From Eledone cirrhosa (taxonomy: Eukaryota): a stretch of 64,000 nucleotides of DNA. A program made the position numbers and the translations under genes. A model generated the notes under the pieces. The model worked only from the letters and a program-made list of their open reading frames with translations. It had not been told where the DNA came from and ran no database searches. The stretch covers positions 19,344,001 through 19,408,000 of the forward strand of contig OZ024752.1 in the NCBI GenBank assembly GCA_964016885.1, in the 5' to 3' direction. Within the stretch, counting starts at the first letter, position 1, and every line of letters begins with the position of its first letter. Positions 51,325 through 64,000 of this stretch are shown one piece after another.

Positions 51325-52095
51325 GACCGAGGAAGGAAGGGGTGATTACGTCGACTGAGGAAGGAAGAGGTGATTACGTCGACTGAGGAAGGAAGGGGCG
51401 ATTACGTCGACTGAGGAAGGAAGGGGTGATTACGTCGACTGAGGAAGGAAGAGGTGATTACGTCGACTGAGGAAGGAAGGGGCGATTACGTCGACTGAGG
51501 AAGGAAGGGGCGATTACGTCGACTGAGGAAGGAAGGGGTGATTACGTCGACTGAGGAAGGAAGGGGTGATTACGTCGACTGAGGAAGGAAGAGGTGATTA
51601 CGTCGACTGAGGAAGGAAGAGGTGATTACGTCGACTGAGGAAGGAAGGGGTGATTATGTCGACTGAGGAAGGAAGGGTTGATTACGTCGACTGAGGAAAG
51701 AAGGGTGATTACGTCGACTGAGGAAAGAAGGGTTGATTACGTCGACTGGGGAAGGAAGGGTTGATTACGTCGACTGAGGAAGGAAGGGGTAATTATGTCG
51801 ACTGGGGAAGGAAGGGTTGATTACGTCGACTGAGGAAAGAAGGGTTGATTACGTCGACTGGGGAAGGAAGAGGTGATTACGTCGACTGAGGAAGGAAGGG
51901 GTGATTACGTCGACTGAGGAAGGAAGAGGTGATAACGTCGACTGAGGAAGGAAGGGGTGATTACGTCGACTGAGGAAGGAAGAGGTGATTACGTCGACTG
52001 AGGAAGGAAGAGGTGATTACGTCGACTGAGGAAGGAAGGGGTGATTACGTCGACTGAGGAAGGAAGGGGTGATTACGTCGACTGGGGAAGGAAGG
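51325..52095. repeat. 28-bp purine-rich minisatellite, ~27 copies
   Basis: Unit GACTGAGGAAGGAAGRGGTGATTACGTC. Confidence 0.97.
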
Positions 52096-52779
52096 AGTGG
52101 GTGTGTAATACACACACACATTTATGTGATGACAAAGGAAGGAGGGGGTGAGAAACTATAGATGTCCAGCGTTCTAAGATTCATCACAGCTGTGTGTTTA
52201 TGTGTTTGTATCACTAGTGTGAGTGAGTGCAAAGGAACCAACTAATTAACATCTTTTTTTATATTATGTATCGATATTACAATTAGCAGTAATGTTTGAC
52301 AGCACGGGCCCAGCTAGTTACCTCAATAATCCGTTTCCGCTTTAAACTGTGGCCATGCTGGAGCATCACCTTTCTTTCTTCAAGTCTGGTATTTATTTTA
52401 GCGATTTCTGTTTGGCGAACTGCTATGTTACAGGACATAAACAAAGAGTAAACGTACGTCCAGAGACACACACATCTACCCACACGCACATACATCCATG
52501 CAATCACACACACGTATATACACACATTTACCAAGTGTCACTGACAAAGCATGGATCAACCCAAAGATACAGTAAAAGACACTCGCTGAAGGGGCCATGC
52601 AGTGAAACTAAACCAGAAACTACGGCTCAAAGCTTCGGATTTAACAGGAGAGTAAAAGAGAGTTTGTAATGTTCATGCCATTCCAAAAGCAATGTCGATA
52701 TAAATGAAGCAAAACAGCTAAATCGCATTAAAGAGGTTCTTATTCACCTGTTGAACTTTATTTGTCGAAAATGTGTTAT

Positions 52780-52802
52780 TTGATGTTAATTTATTGGGGT
52801 AG

Positions 52803-52844
<42 letters not shown>

Positions 52845-52864
52845 CTACCCCAATAAATTAACAT

Positions 52865-52867
<3 letters not shown>
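52780..52867. repeat. Perfect palindrome centred on (TA)n
   Basis: TTGATGTTAATTTATTGGGGTAGGGACA-(TA)n-TGTCCCTACCCCAATAAATTAACATCAA. Confidence 0.92.
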
Positions 52868-52907
<40 letters not shown>

Positions 52908-52915
<8 letters not shown>

Positions 52916-53177
52916 TAAGAGGAATTCCAACTTTGTCTGATTTACTCGTTTTATTTACAATCCTTTAAAATATATATAATGGTATTATAATGAAATAGTA
53001 TGATAGAATATTAAATTCTAAGTGTTAATTGAACATTTTTTTTTTTTTTTTTTTTTTTAACACTTAGAATTTAATATTCTATCATACTATTTCATTATAA
53101 TACCATTATATATATTTTAAAGGATTGTAAATAAAACGAGTAAATCAGACAAAGTTGGAATTCCTCTTATTAATATA
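52908..53177. repeat. ~120-bp perfect inverted repeat with 28-nt poly-T spacer
   Basis: Arms 52908-53028 and 53057-53177 are reverse complements. Confidence 0.92.
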
Positions 53178-53225
53178 ATCTTCTATACACAATCATACAC
53201 ACCCGTGTATATTTACCTATCTATA

Positions 53226-53285
<60 letters not shown>

Positions 53286-54211
53286 TAGTCCTTCATCAGT
53301 GATCTTCCAACCATCATTGGTATTTCATCGCTTTAAAGACCATATACCTCCGGTTGGTGCGAGCAACGGCTAAAAAAAGTCGTTGGGACACGTAAATAAA
53401 GGGGACACGAGAGTGTAAACAAACAAAGATGGTGAAGCAACGAAAAGTGAGGAAGAAGGAGTCAAGTCCCAAATTTCCATGAATATAAGTTCGGTGAAAT
53501 CGTGAACGAGAGAGAATAAAGACCATCAAACCTGGTTGGAATGTGAGCAAGGAAGGAATTCCGTACAGGTCTAACGGGAGGAAGAAGGGATCTAGTATGT
53601 GAATTCGGTGAACGTAAGTTCTGTGAAATCGTAGGCGAGAGAGAGAAAAAAAGCGACCTGCCTGACCAAGGGTGCAAAAGAAAAGAATTACGCACAGGTC
53701 AAACGGGAAGAAGGAGGAGGAGGAGAGGTAGTAACAGAGAGTGTGTGAGTGAAGGGTGAGGAAGAGGCTAACAGAGAGAGTGAATGTTAGAGAGGGTAAA
53801 GATACAGAGAAAGAAGAAGCAGTAAGAACGAAATAGACGGGTCACAGCGGGGAAAAAAATATGTGTAAATATGAGAATAAACGTGCTGCGTGGTTGCTAA
53901 TGGGTTACATATGAATAAAGTTAGTCCTTCATCAGTGATCTTCCAACCATCCTACCGCTACTACAGCAGATACCATTAATTGGTTGAAAAAACATGGACT
54001 TAATCCTGTATGTTAATAAAAGGTTCCCGAGTAGTACAGTAAATTAAAGCCTTTACGAACGGAACTATACAATGAAAGTATTTTTAATAAGTGTATCTCA
54101 TCGTAAACGTATCTCTTAGAAATTCATAAATGGCTGTGAAAACCCTTACACTTTAAAACAAAATTACAAACCAATTATGTGGTCATTGAAGTTGCTAGAA
54201 ATAGCAGGCAA

Positions 54212-54282
<71 letters not shown>

Positions 54283-55251
54283 TATATATAAGGTATCCTC
54301 TTGATAAGTCGGCAAACCTCACAAAAATACTGCATCTCTATGATGTAATGTTTTTGCATAATAGCCACGAAACGACGTAGTCGAGGATAATGAAGGAATT
54401 TAGGTATATTATATCGTTTTATTTATATCTAATGTTTCTTCTTTCTTTATAATGTATTATATAGCTCTGATATTGAATCAATCTAATCCATTCAGATTAT
54501 TTTGTCCCTATTATTCATAGAGCAACAAGGGTTAAGGTTGGCACCACACAAATTCAGGGATATATGTGGGTATATGCATGTATATGTATGTATTCGCATG
54601 TGTCTGTGTATTTCTTTGTATTTTATATATATAAATCACGTGTGTGTATATAACTGTTTCTACTTTAGGCACAAGGCCAGCAATTACCCAGTGCATTACT
54701 GGTACTTTATTTTATCGACCCCGTAAGGATGAAAGGCAAAGTCAACCTCGGCGGGATTTGAACTCAGATCGTAAAGGGTCGTAACTATGCTGGGAAGCAT
54801 GGCGTCCGACCCTCTACCGATACTGCCAATCCACCGCCCTCACGTGTGTGTATATAACACTAGACACACACATGTGCATGTATTGGCTGGGTGTGTAAAG
54901 TGAGTGGCGTAACATATAGAGACGTAAGGTAGAGTGTATATCTTTAAAACTATTTTAAACACTGTGGATAGAGGAAGGAACGGGGTAGAAGGCCAGCAGA
55001 TTTGACACACACACATGTATGTATAAACTAACTATAAATGTATATACATACACACACACATGTATGTATAAACTAACTATAAATGTATATAGTTTATACA
55101 TACATGTGTGTACATGTATGTATAAACTATATATAACTATAAGTGTATATTCGTACACACACATACATATATATACTTATATACAATGATATATATATAT
55201 ATATATATATATATAAATGAGAGGTATAGAGATTGTTTTAGCAAGAAGCTA

Positions 55252-55284
<33 letters not shown>

Positions 55285-55358
55285 CATTGTATATATATAT
55301 TGTATATATATATATATATTGTATATATATATATTGTATATATATATTGTATATATAC

Positions 55359-55421
<63 letters not shown>

Positions 55422-55489
55422 ATATATATATATATATATATGGCAAGTAAGTACATTTTGAAACAGTGAGCAGGTCTGAAATTAGAAAA

Positions 55490-55864
55490 TAGAATAGCTT
55501 TCACCGTAATTTTGACTAAAGGAATTTTAGCCTGATAATGGGGTTTAGAACCCTCAGATAAATGGAAAAAGATGAGTATTGACGTCAATACTCACCTCTT
55601 TCCATTTATCTGAGTGTTCTAAACCCCATTATCGTGGATTGGCAGTATCGGTAGAGGGTCGGACGCCATGCTCTCCAGCATAGTTACGTCCCTTTACGAT
55701 CTGAGTTCAAATCCCGCCGTGGTTGACTTTGCCTTTCATCCTTACGGTGTCGATAAAAATAAAAGTACCAGTAATGCACTGGGTAATTGCTGGCCTTGTG
55801 CCTAAAGTAGAAACAATTATCAGGCTAAAATTCCTTTAGTCAAAAATACGGTGAAAGCTATTCT

Positions 55865-55865
<1 letters not shown>
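55490..55865. repeat. ~190-bp palindromic element interrupted by a SINE
   Basis: Centre TATTGAC|GTCAATA at 55583/55584; right arm split by SINE 55634-55815 with TSD ATTATC. Confidence 0.88.
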
Positions 55866-55899
<34 letters not shown>

Positions 55900-56807
55900 T
55901 GAGAAATATTTCCTATCAAAGTATGTAGCCCGATCTTATGTAAATGTGGCGAGATATTTGGCTCAGTTTCAATTCTCTACAGCTAGACAAGGAAGCTAAC
56001 AATCTACCCACATCTACCCACATCTACCCCGTCACACTCTCTTCCTCATTTATCTTGTGTTTTTCGTCATTCTGGAATGTCTGTCTACAACATTTATACA
56101 TATTGCTCAAAGCTTTCACCCTTTTATGGGGATTTTCTTCTTTCTTTCTATTAACCCCCCATCCTTCCGTTATATTCTCTCTATGTTTATCTCAGTATAT
56201 TCCTCATTAAATCTATATTTCTTTTCCTCATTCTTTCATACGATTTCCTGGTAGTTGAGAAGTTCCTAAGTTCCTTTTACCCTAAACCCTATATACCCTA
56301 TATACCCCCTATACCCCATACCTTATGCTATGTAACTTGTGTTCCGTGTAAAAAACAAATGACTAAAAAAGGAGAGTCGGAACTAATTCTTTTTATAGTA
56401 ACTTGAAATTTTATTCAATTTGTTCTTTGCAATGTATCCAAGTGTTTATATATATAAACACGTTATCAACACGTCCATTTTTGGCTTTATTTTTATTTTT
56501 ATTTTTATTTTCTTATATATTTTTTGAATTTTTTTAAATCTTATTTATTTAGTTATTCCTTTCTCTGAACTACTTCCTAATGGTTTGTACATATTGATAT
56601 GTGCATGTGCATGTATATATACGTATATATATATGTATATATATATATATGTGTTTATATATATATATATATATATACATATATGTGTATGCATGCATGT
56701 ATATGTATGTGTATATGGATTTGTATGTGTTTATGTGTGTATGTGTATATATATATATATTATTCAAAATATTAATAAATGGATACATTCACATAATCAA
56801 AATATAT

Positions 56808-56870
56808 CTTTTATTATATATATTTCGGAGGTACTGTGTTGATTTTTCAGTACGTCCTCATCAGATAAAG
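56808..56870 (-). ncRNA. Minimal type I hammerhead ribozyme motif (same family as 23872 and 63444)
   Basis: Minus strand CTTTAT-CTGATGA-GGACGTACTG..CAGTACCTCC-GAAA-TATATA-TA-ATAAAAG. Confidence 0.7.
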
Positions 56871-57361
56871 TGTGTGCTTTTAATCTATTGTAAAACTGTA
56901 TTTATTGAATAATCAATGAACCTTGTTTTAACATTTGGTTATATATTATATATATATATCTGTGTGTGTGTGTATATATGTGCGCGTATGTATAGAAACT
57001 TTTGTGTTTGTATGTATGTATGTGTGTATGTGTGTATGTGTGTGTATGCATTTTTATATATGTGAGTGTGTCTTTGTATGTACATGTTTGAGTGCATATA
57101 TATATCTGTGTATATGTATGTGTATATATTTATGTTCCTGTTCGTATTTCCATGTAGACGCAAATACGCTTATGTGAGAAAGTATACGTCTACGTACTAT
57201 TACGTATATGCGTGTGGTTGAGTGTGTGTATGTTTATGTTCTGGATATTTATTTATATATTTTTTCCCCTAAACCCTTTTAGTCCGTTTTTTCAGCCTCA
57301 CTTTCATATTTCCTAAATTTTGTTTTCAAATCCATATTTAATAAAAACACCATGTTATTTA

Positions 57362-57423
57362 TTCATTCTGACGACTGAAGACAGATATAAATATCTGCCT
57401 TCAAGAAACTACTGGTAAATGAA
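57362..57423 (+). ncRNA. Type I hammerhead ribozyme motif
   Basis: TTCATT-CTGACGA-CTGAAGACAGATAT AA ATATCTGCCTTCAA-GAAA-C TACTG G-TA-AATGAA: 6-bp stem I, long stem II, GUA triplet. Confidence 0.65.
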
Positions 57424-57995
57424 ATAATTATCTTATGTTGTTTATTACATAACTATATATATATATATATATATATATCTCTCTCTATATATATATATAT
57501 ATATATTTATATATTTCGAATTCACCTTGGAGAAAACCACGTGTCTATAGCGAAATTTACTGCTAGAACATACCCGCAGAGGCTAAAGAACACAAGACTT
57601 GTTGAAGAAGTAAATCCTTTGTTCTGTCGTCAAAGACCATTAACTTGCAGACCCCTGCAAGCGGAATTTGTCGATCTTGGATTTGCAGAAACCTAGCGCT
57701 GATGTTGTGTGCTGTATGTGATGTATATCGTATGCTATACGATATGCATTATATGTTGCATTCGATCTCAGCGTTTTGTCCAGGTCAGTCTAAAATCTTT
57801 TCCTGAGTCCAACCATTCTCGTTGCTGTGGTAATGCGGCTGGACTGCCGATCGCTATATTTGATTTGCTAAGCTGTCTAAACGTATTGTTATTACTCTGG
57901 GGTACCATTCCCATTCGAGTGCTAAAGCCACATGCCAAATTTGCATTCGTTAGCTTGGCCGCAAACTAAGGCTTCGTTAATGCTGTACTAAAATT

Positions 57996-58038
<43 letters not shown>

Positions 58039-58081
58039 ATACTTGGGGAGGGTCATATTTGTGTAATAATATTGCTCGCAA

Positions 58082-58127
<46 letters not shown>

Positions 58128-60892
58128 GTTTCTACTTTTTAGCACAAAGGCAGCAATTAATCCAGTGCATTGCTGGTACTTTATTTTATCGATCCCGTAA
58201 GAATGAAAGGCAAAGTTAACCTCGGCGTCAAAGCATGGCGTCCGACCCTCTACCAATAGGGCAATACAAATAAACAGGATAGTGGAGATTTACAACAATC
58301 GTGTTAACATAAAAGAAACAGTAACAAAGAAACTATAAATTTATAACAACATGATTCCCCTATGGTGGGGGTGCACCACCCCGGGATAATTTAGCAACGT
58401 CACAGATCCGAAACCACCCTGACGTCAAAAGTATCCTAGGAACGTATCCCTCTGAACTCTCCGGCCCACAATGTAGGCCCATCCTAGCTACATTCATCCA
58501 CCTTTTAACACATACACAGGAGCTAGTGCCTTCCTCTCCACTTTCCTCTTCCTTTCAGAGTAGAATTTGAAAAGTCTTGGCCGAAGAGGAATGAAACGCC
58601 AGCTTAATCATTTCTACTTTAGGCACAAGGCCAACAATTTGAAGGGGGGAGAGTCGATTAAATGTCCCCCCAGTACTTACTGGTACTTTATTTTATCGAC
58701 CCCATAAGGATGAAAGGCAAAGTTAACCTCGGCAGGGTTTGAACTCAGACCACAAAGGGACGTAACTCTATACTGCAAAGCATGGCGTCCGACTCTCTGC
58801 TGATACTGCCAGTTCACCGCCCTAATTCACCTTTCATCCTAAAAACGAAAGTTATCCTTTTCTCAAATGCTTATTAAACCACACAAAGCCACCAGGCGAA
58901 GGATTAAGTCTACTGCTAGAGAATTATACTCTAGATAATTGTTTCTAGCTTTGCTACAAAGCCAGCAATCTTTGAGGAAGGGAAAGTCAATTATATTGAT
59001 TCCAATACTTGGCTGGAACTTTATTTTATTGATCTCGTAAGTATGAAAGTTGACCCCGGCGGGATTTGAAATCAGAACTTTGACGTCTGCAGCGAGATAC
59101 TGCAATGCATTTCATCCGACGTTTTACCGACTCTGCCAACCCACCACTCTTACCTATCGCCCAAGGACAAGAACGGTTCCTCTTATAAACTTTCTCACAT
59201 TTTCCGTTTATCAAATTCCACGCACAAAGCTTTGGTCGAACAGAAATCATGATAAAATATACTTGCTCAAGGTGTCACTCAAATGTCAAGCAGCAGGATC
59301 AAACCTCAAACCACGTAGTTGCGAAACAGAATCCTTAATACCACAGTTATGCTTGAGTTTAAATTAAATTAATATTCAACGGTAAAACCATTGAAAACAG
59401 CATGAACATCACAGCATCTTATTTCACCTCATCCAACTATAAGCAATCGGAACTAAAAAAAGTAATTAACACCTTGTTATTGTTGTTTAGACTCAGTTCC
59501 ACTCGGATCAAATAGACCCATGATCAAAGGTATTCCAACTGGGACCAACTCAAATGTTTCCTTTCATGTTTTAATAAGCTGTAATTTGAGAGAACAATGG
59601 TTGTTATTATTGACAGAATCGTTACCGTTTGAGTTCAAATCCCACCGAGGTCAACTTTGTCTTTAATCCTCCCGCGGTCGATAAATAAAGTACCAGAAAA
59701 GTACTGGGGTCGAATTAATCAACTTTCCCCTCCCTCCCAAATTGTGTCTATTTTAGAAACTATTATTAACTGGTCGACAGTTTAAATGCTCACTGCTCTC
59801 TCGCTGGCTCCTTAATCCAATGTTCCCCACCCCTTATGTACCTCATCCAGTTTATGACTAAAACTTGGTATCTATCAAAGATCTGTCTGTTGCAAACAGA
59901 CCAGGCTCCTGAGGATAACGTCTTCTCACTAGACTGGAAACCCATGAAAACGGTGATCTCATTCCTAGACGGATTAAGCCACTGTAAAATGGCAGATGTA
60001 GTTGTTATCATTGGGCCACTACCTGTACATTATGATAGAATTTCTGTCTGTTGTTATAACGATGTCAATTTATTTATCTGGATTTAACCAAGCCCAGCTT
60101 TGATGTCTTTCGATAGCCATCATCTCTGTGTTCTCGGGAGAAAAATAATTGTGTAAAAAACAAGATGGTGTAGGACAGAACAAAGGAGAGACACGAAATA
60201 ACAAATTAATCACTGAGGAGGTTACAGAATGTGTGACGAAAGAGCTTTGACAACAAATAAACAACCATCGGTTATTAAACCAACCAACTGGAAATTTGTA
60301 ATAAATTGAAGTGAAAACCAACAACAGGTGCGTGTGTTTTTATTGGCAGCCTGACCCTCCCAAAATATTATATATATATATATAGTTAAAGAATGAAGAT
60401 TAACAACATCAAACGATTAGCGAACTCTAGACCCACATCATCAACGAAACAATTGTCAGTACTTTAAATAAAACCCTTATTGTACAGCCAACCATGTTAA
60501 TCTTCATTCTTTAACTATTATTACTCCAAGTATAACCTGCATAAAAATGACCGCGAACTCGCTGCATAACTATGGAAGCATCTTGTTGAGTAAAAAAAAA
60601 GCCGTACATTAAAACTATCCACGACGCAGAGTACTCACAATCTCTAACTGGATTACCTATAACGATAACTTGTTATCCCATATATATATATATATCAAGA
60701 CTGCCTTACGGTTGTCTTGTTTTCCATCTTCATTTTCGATTTTTTTGTGGTCTTTACTGGACTTTTGTTCTGTTTCTCCATTGTTATCCTGTCTCTATTT
60801 TGTACTCCTGAAGAAGGGCTTAACCCCGACATGTCGAACTTCCAATATAAAGTGTGAAACTAATAAGACTTTTGTACCTCTCTTTGTTGTCT

Positions 60893-60963
<71 letters not shown>

Positions 60964-60972
<9 letters not shown>

Positions 60973-61099
60973 TAACAGATTAAAGTTTAAGCAAAGAATC
61001 GATGCTTTCACTCTTAACAGTATCTTCTGAAACTCAGAAGATCCCGTTAAGGGTGAAAGCAGCGATTCTTTGCTTAAACTTTAATCTCTTATTTTAATA
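60964..61099. repeat. Near-perfect hairpin (~65-bp arms, 3-nt loop) abutting (TA)n
   Basis: ...GTTTAAGCAAAGAATCG...TCTTCTGA AAC TCAGAAGA...CGATTCTTTGCTTAAAC; right arm also occurs singly at ~37050-37115. Confidence 0.88.
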
Positions 61100-61202
61100 A
61101 ATATTTGCTCTACTGTTTTTATATATTTTATATATATATAATCATTATCGAGCCCTCTTTGGATTTTAGTCTTCACATTTATTATTGTTACTGTGTGAGT
61201 GA

Positions 61203-61332
<130 letters not shown>

Positions 61333-61946
61333 CTGTGTATGTATGTATATAGAATGTTAGTTTATAGAAGGCCCCATCAACTTTGACCGTTTCCATCAGA
61401 CTACACTGCCTCATCTGATAAGCTTATATGTATTTGTGGGGGAGTGATACGGTAGGTATAAGAAGTAAAACACAAGACTTGATAAGTATTGTACATATTT
61501 ACTCTACAGTGAGGTGCATTCTCTGTAATTTCAGTCGTTCTTATTGTATAAGTTGGCAGAGTTAATGCATGAGTCACAGCTCTCATATTGGTTCCAAGGA
61601 AAACATAGCTGCTTTCAGTAGACTTTATTATACAGACCTAGAAACACCCGGTGAATGTTGGTAAAAATGAGAGGAGGAAGTGGAGGTAGAATCTGTCTGT
61701 CACGTGGCACCTGTCAAAGAATTCTTCTACTAGGTGTTATTAGACAGTAATAATTATTTCTACTTTTGGCACAAGGCCAGCAATTATACCAGTGTATTAC
61801 TGGTACTTTATTTTATCGACCCCCTTAAGGATGAAAGGCAAAGTTAACCTCGGCGGGATTTGAACTCAGACCATAAAGGGCCGTAACTCGTTGCTGTAAA
61901 GCATGGCGTCCGACCCTCTACCGATACTGCCAATCCACCGCCTTTT

Positions 61947-62229
61947 GTGGTGGTGGCGGTGGTAGTGTTGGTAGTGGTGGTAGTGGTGGTGGTGGTGAAG
62001 GTGATGGTGGTGGTGGTGGTGGCGGTGGCGGTGGTAGTGTTGGTAGTGGTGGTAGTGGTGGAGGTGGTGATGGTGATGGTGGTGGTGATGGTGGTGATGG
62101 TGGTGGTGGTGATGGCGGCGGCGGTGGTGGTGGTGGTGGTGATGGTGGTGGTGGTGGTTGTGGTGGTGAAGGTGATGGTGGTGGTGGTGGTGGTGATGGC
62201 GGCGGTGATGGCGGCTATGTGGTGGTGAT
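61947..62229. repeat. (GGT)n-type trinucleotide tract
   Basis: Direct observation. Confidence 0.95.
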
Positions 62230-62629
62230 GAGAAAGATCATCGTAACACTGTTTCAGTTAACAAGCCAGATACGACGATACATGGTAGTTAGATAACAGG
62301 GTAGTTTGACATGGGGGAGTTAACACACACACACAACTACACAGACGCACACACACAGACACACGCACACAACTACACAGACACACACACACAGGCACAA
62401 ACAGATCCATATATAATAATTGTTTCTACTTTAGGCACAAGGCCAGTAATTACCCAGTGCATTACTGGTACTTTATTTTATCGACCCCGTAAGGATGAAA
62501 GGCAAAGTTAACCTTGGCAGGATTTGAACTCAGATCATAAAGGGGCGTAACTCTATGCTGCAAAGCATAGCGTCCGACCCTCTACCAATACTGCCAATCC
62601 AACAATGTATCTATGCATGTGTGTTAATG

Positions 62630-62662
<33 letters not shown>

Positions 62663-62729
62663 TTATGTATATGTGTATATATATGTATGTATGTATGCAT
62701 GTGTGCATGTGTGTATGTATGTGTGTGTG

Positions 62730-62785
<56 letters not shown>

Positions 62786-62857
62786 AGAAAAAGAAGACAA
62801 CGGGTAAGGCGATTGGGTGAAGAGAAAGCCAGAAAAAGGTTGGGTGTTTGTAAGATG

Positions 62858-62868
62858 GCTGACTAACA

Positions 62869-62899
<31 letters not shown>

Positions 62900-63009
62900 A
62901 GACAGACAGACAGACTGACTGACTGACTGACTGACAGACAGACAGACAGACTGACTGACTGACTGACAGACAGACAGACTGACTGACAGACAGACTGGCA
63001 GACAGACAG
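62858..63009. repeat. (GACT)n/(GACA)n tetranucleotide tract
   Basis: Direct observation. Confidence 0.95.
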
Positions 63010-63228
63010 GAAATGTAAACAGAAATGTAAGAATATTAAAATAAAATAAATGAAGAAAAGAAATAAAATCGAGAGAAAAGCTGAGACAAATAAGGAAAGA
63101 TGAGAATGAAGAAGAGCAGCAGATAAAAGAGGTGATACTAAACTATAAGTGTCTGCTGTTGAAATATTTCGTAGCTTGTTGCTATTTCTAGTTTTTCATT
63201 TTAACCAATCTTTTTATTTATCTTTCGT

Positions 63229-63295
<67 letters not shown>

Positions 63296-63443
63296 TATAT
63301 AAAAGTAAAAGGGATATTTAATTTGTTGGTAATTCAATAAATATATATGTTTATAACTGATTCGAAGCACTCGACAAGTTTTCTGGAGTATAATATCAAT
63401 GATATTAAATAAATGGAAACTATATTTATAAAACCATATTTAT

Positions 63444-63498
63444 TCTCTTATATATATTTCAAGGGTACCAAAACTTTGGTACGCTCTCATCAGATAAA
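63444..63498 (-). ncRNA. Minimal type I hammerhead ribozyme motif
   Basis: Minus strand TTTAT-CTGATGA-GAGCGTACCAAA GT TTTGGTACCCTT-GAAA-TATATA-TA-AGAGA. Confidence 0.6.
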
Positions 63499-64000
63499 GT
63501 ACAAAGTTTGTTTTATAAATATTGGCATATCCAGGAAGGAGATCTTAACGGTTCAAGTTTTTCCTGGATAGTAAAAGGAAAGAGGGAAAAGACAGGAAAA
63601 GTCAAATATTTCAAATTATTAAGATGAATATGCAAATGAGGTTGAGGTATAGGGCTGAAAAAAAAAACGTTATTTTTAGACGCTAGGTAGATTTTAAAAA
63701 AAATTAGGATATATATATATGTATGTGTAGGAAGAAGAAAGGGAAAGAAAGAAAAGCTATTTACGTGAATTTAAAAAGAATTAGCAGTTTGTAGGAATGG
63801 TGGAATATGATTCCAGAATTAAAAAAATTATTTAGCTACATTATGAGTTATAATATTATATATATAATCAATTAGATTATATGAAGAATTATGGTTGTAA
63901 GTATATTTTATCTTATTACATTGCAACAGGTTGTAAGTATATAAATATCTATATAGATTAATAATTGTGCAAGTATAAGTATTATTGGTGATTTTATAGA

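Noticed and set aside
55586-55600. AG|GTGAGT minus-strand donor as candidate first exon of the CH gene
   Set aside because: Falls inside a palindromic repeat; the upstream non-coding exon implied by the acceptor at 47687 cannot be placed from sequence alone
58258-58500. Possible Penelope RT-endonuclease linker remnant (also 48230-48540, 49490-50030)
   Set aside because: Hints of similarity but no intact motif; not called without a search

Overview
AT-rich, repeat-dense animal genomic DNA. The SINE, Penelope and microsatellite content suggests an octopus or other cephalopod (inference, not verified). Two convergent spliced genes can be assembled by hand. (1) A 7-coding-exon forkhead transcription factor on + (7252..25051, ~822 aa), most like FoxM/FOXM1. 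It has an unusual NSIRHDLS recognition helix, and a 4.2-kb array of forkhead-type TGTTTGT motifs sits in the intron that splits its DNA-binding domain. (2) A 5-coding-exon calponin-homology (myophilin/transgelin/MP20-like) gene on - (47645..33264, ~164 aa). The rest is mobile DNA: RTE LINE fragments, a DD39D-type mariner relic, CRE-like and Penelope relics, several minimal hammerhead-ribozyme motifs, Helitron-like, hAT-, pogo- and piggyBac-like non-autonomous elements, and more than 30 SINE copies. Several satellites visibly grew inside transposons, most clearly one TTAA-flanked MITE present both as monomers and with 3.1-kb and 2.3-kb internal arrays. Most long ORFs in the supplied track are repeat artefacts.
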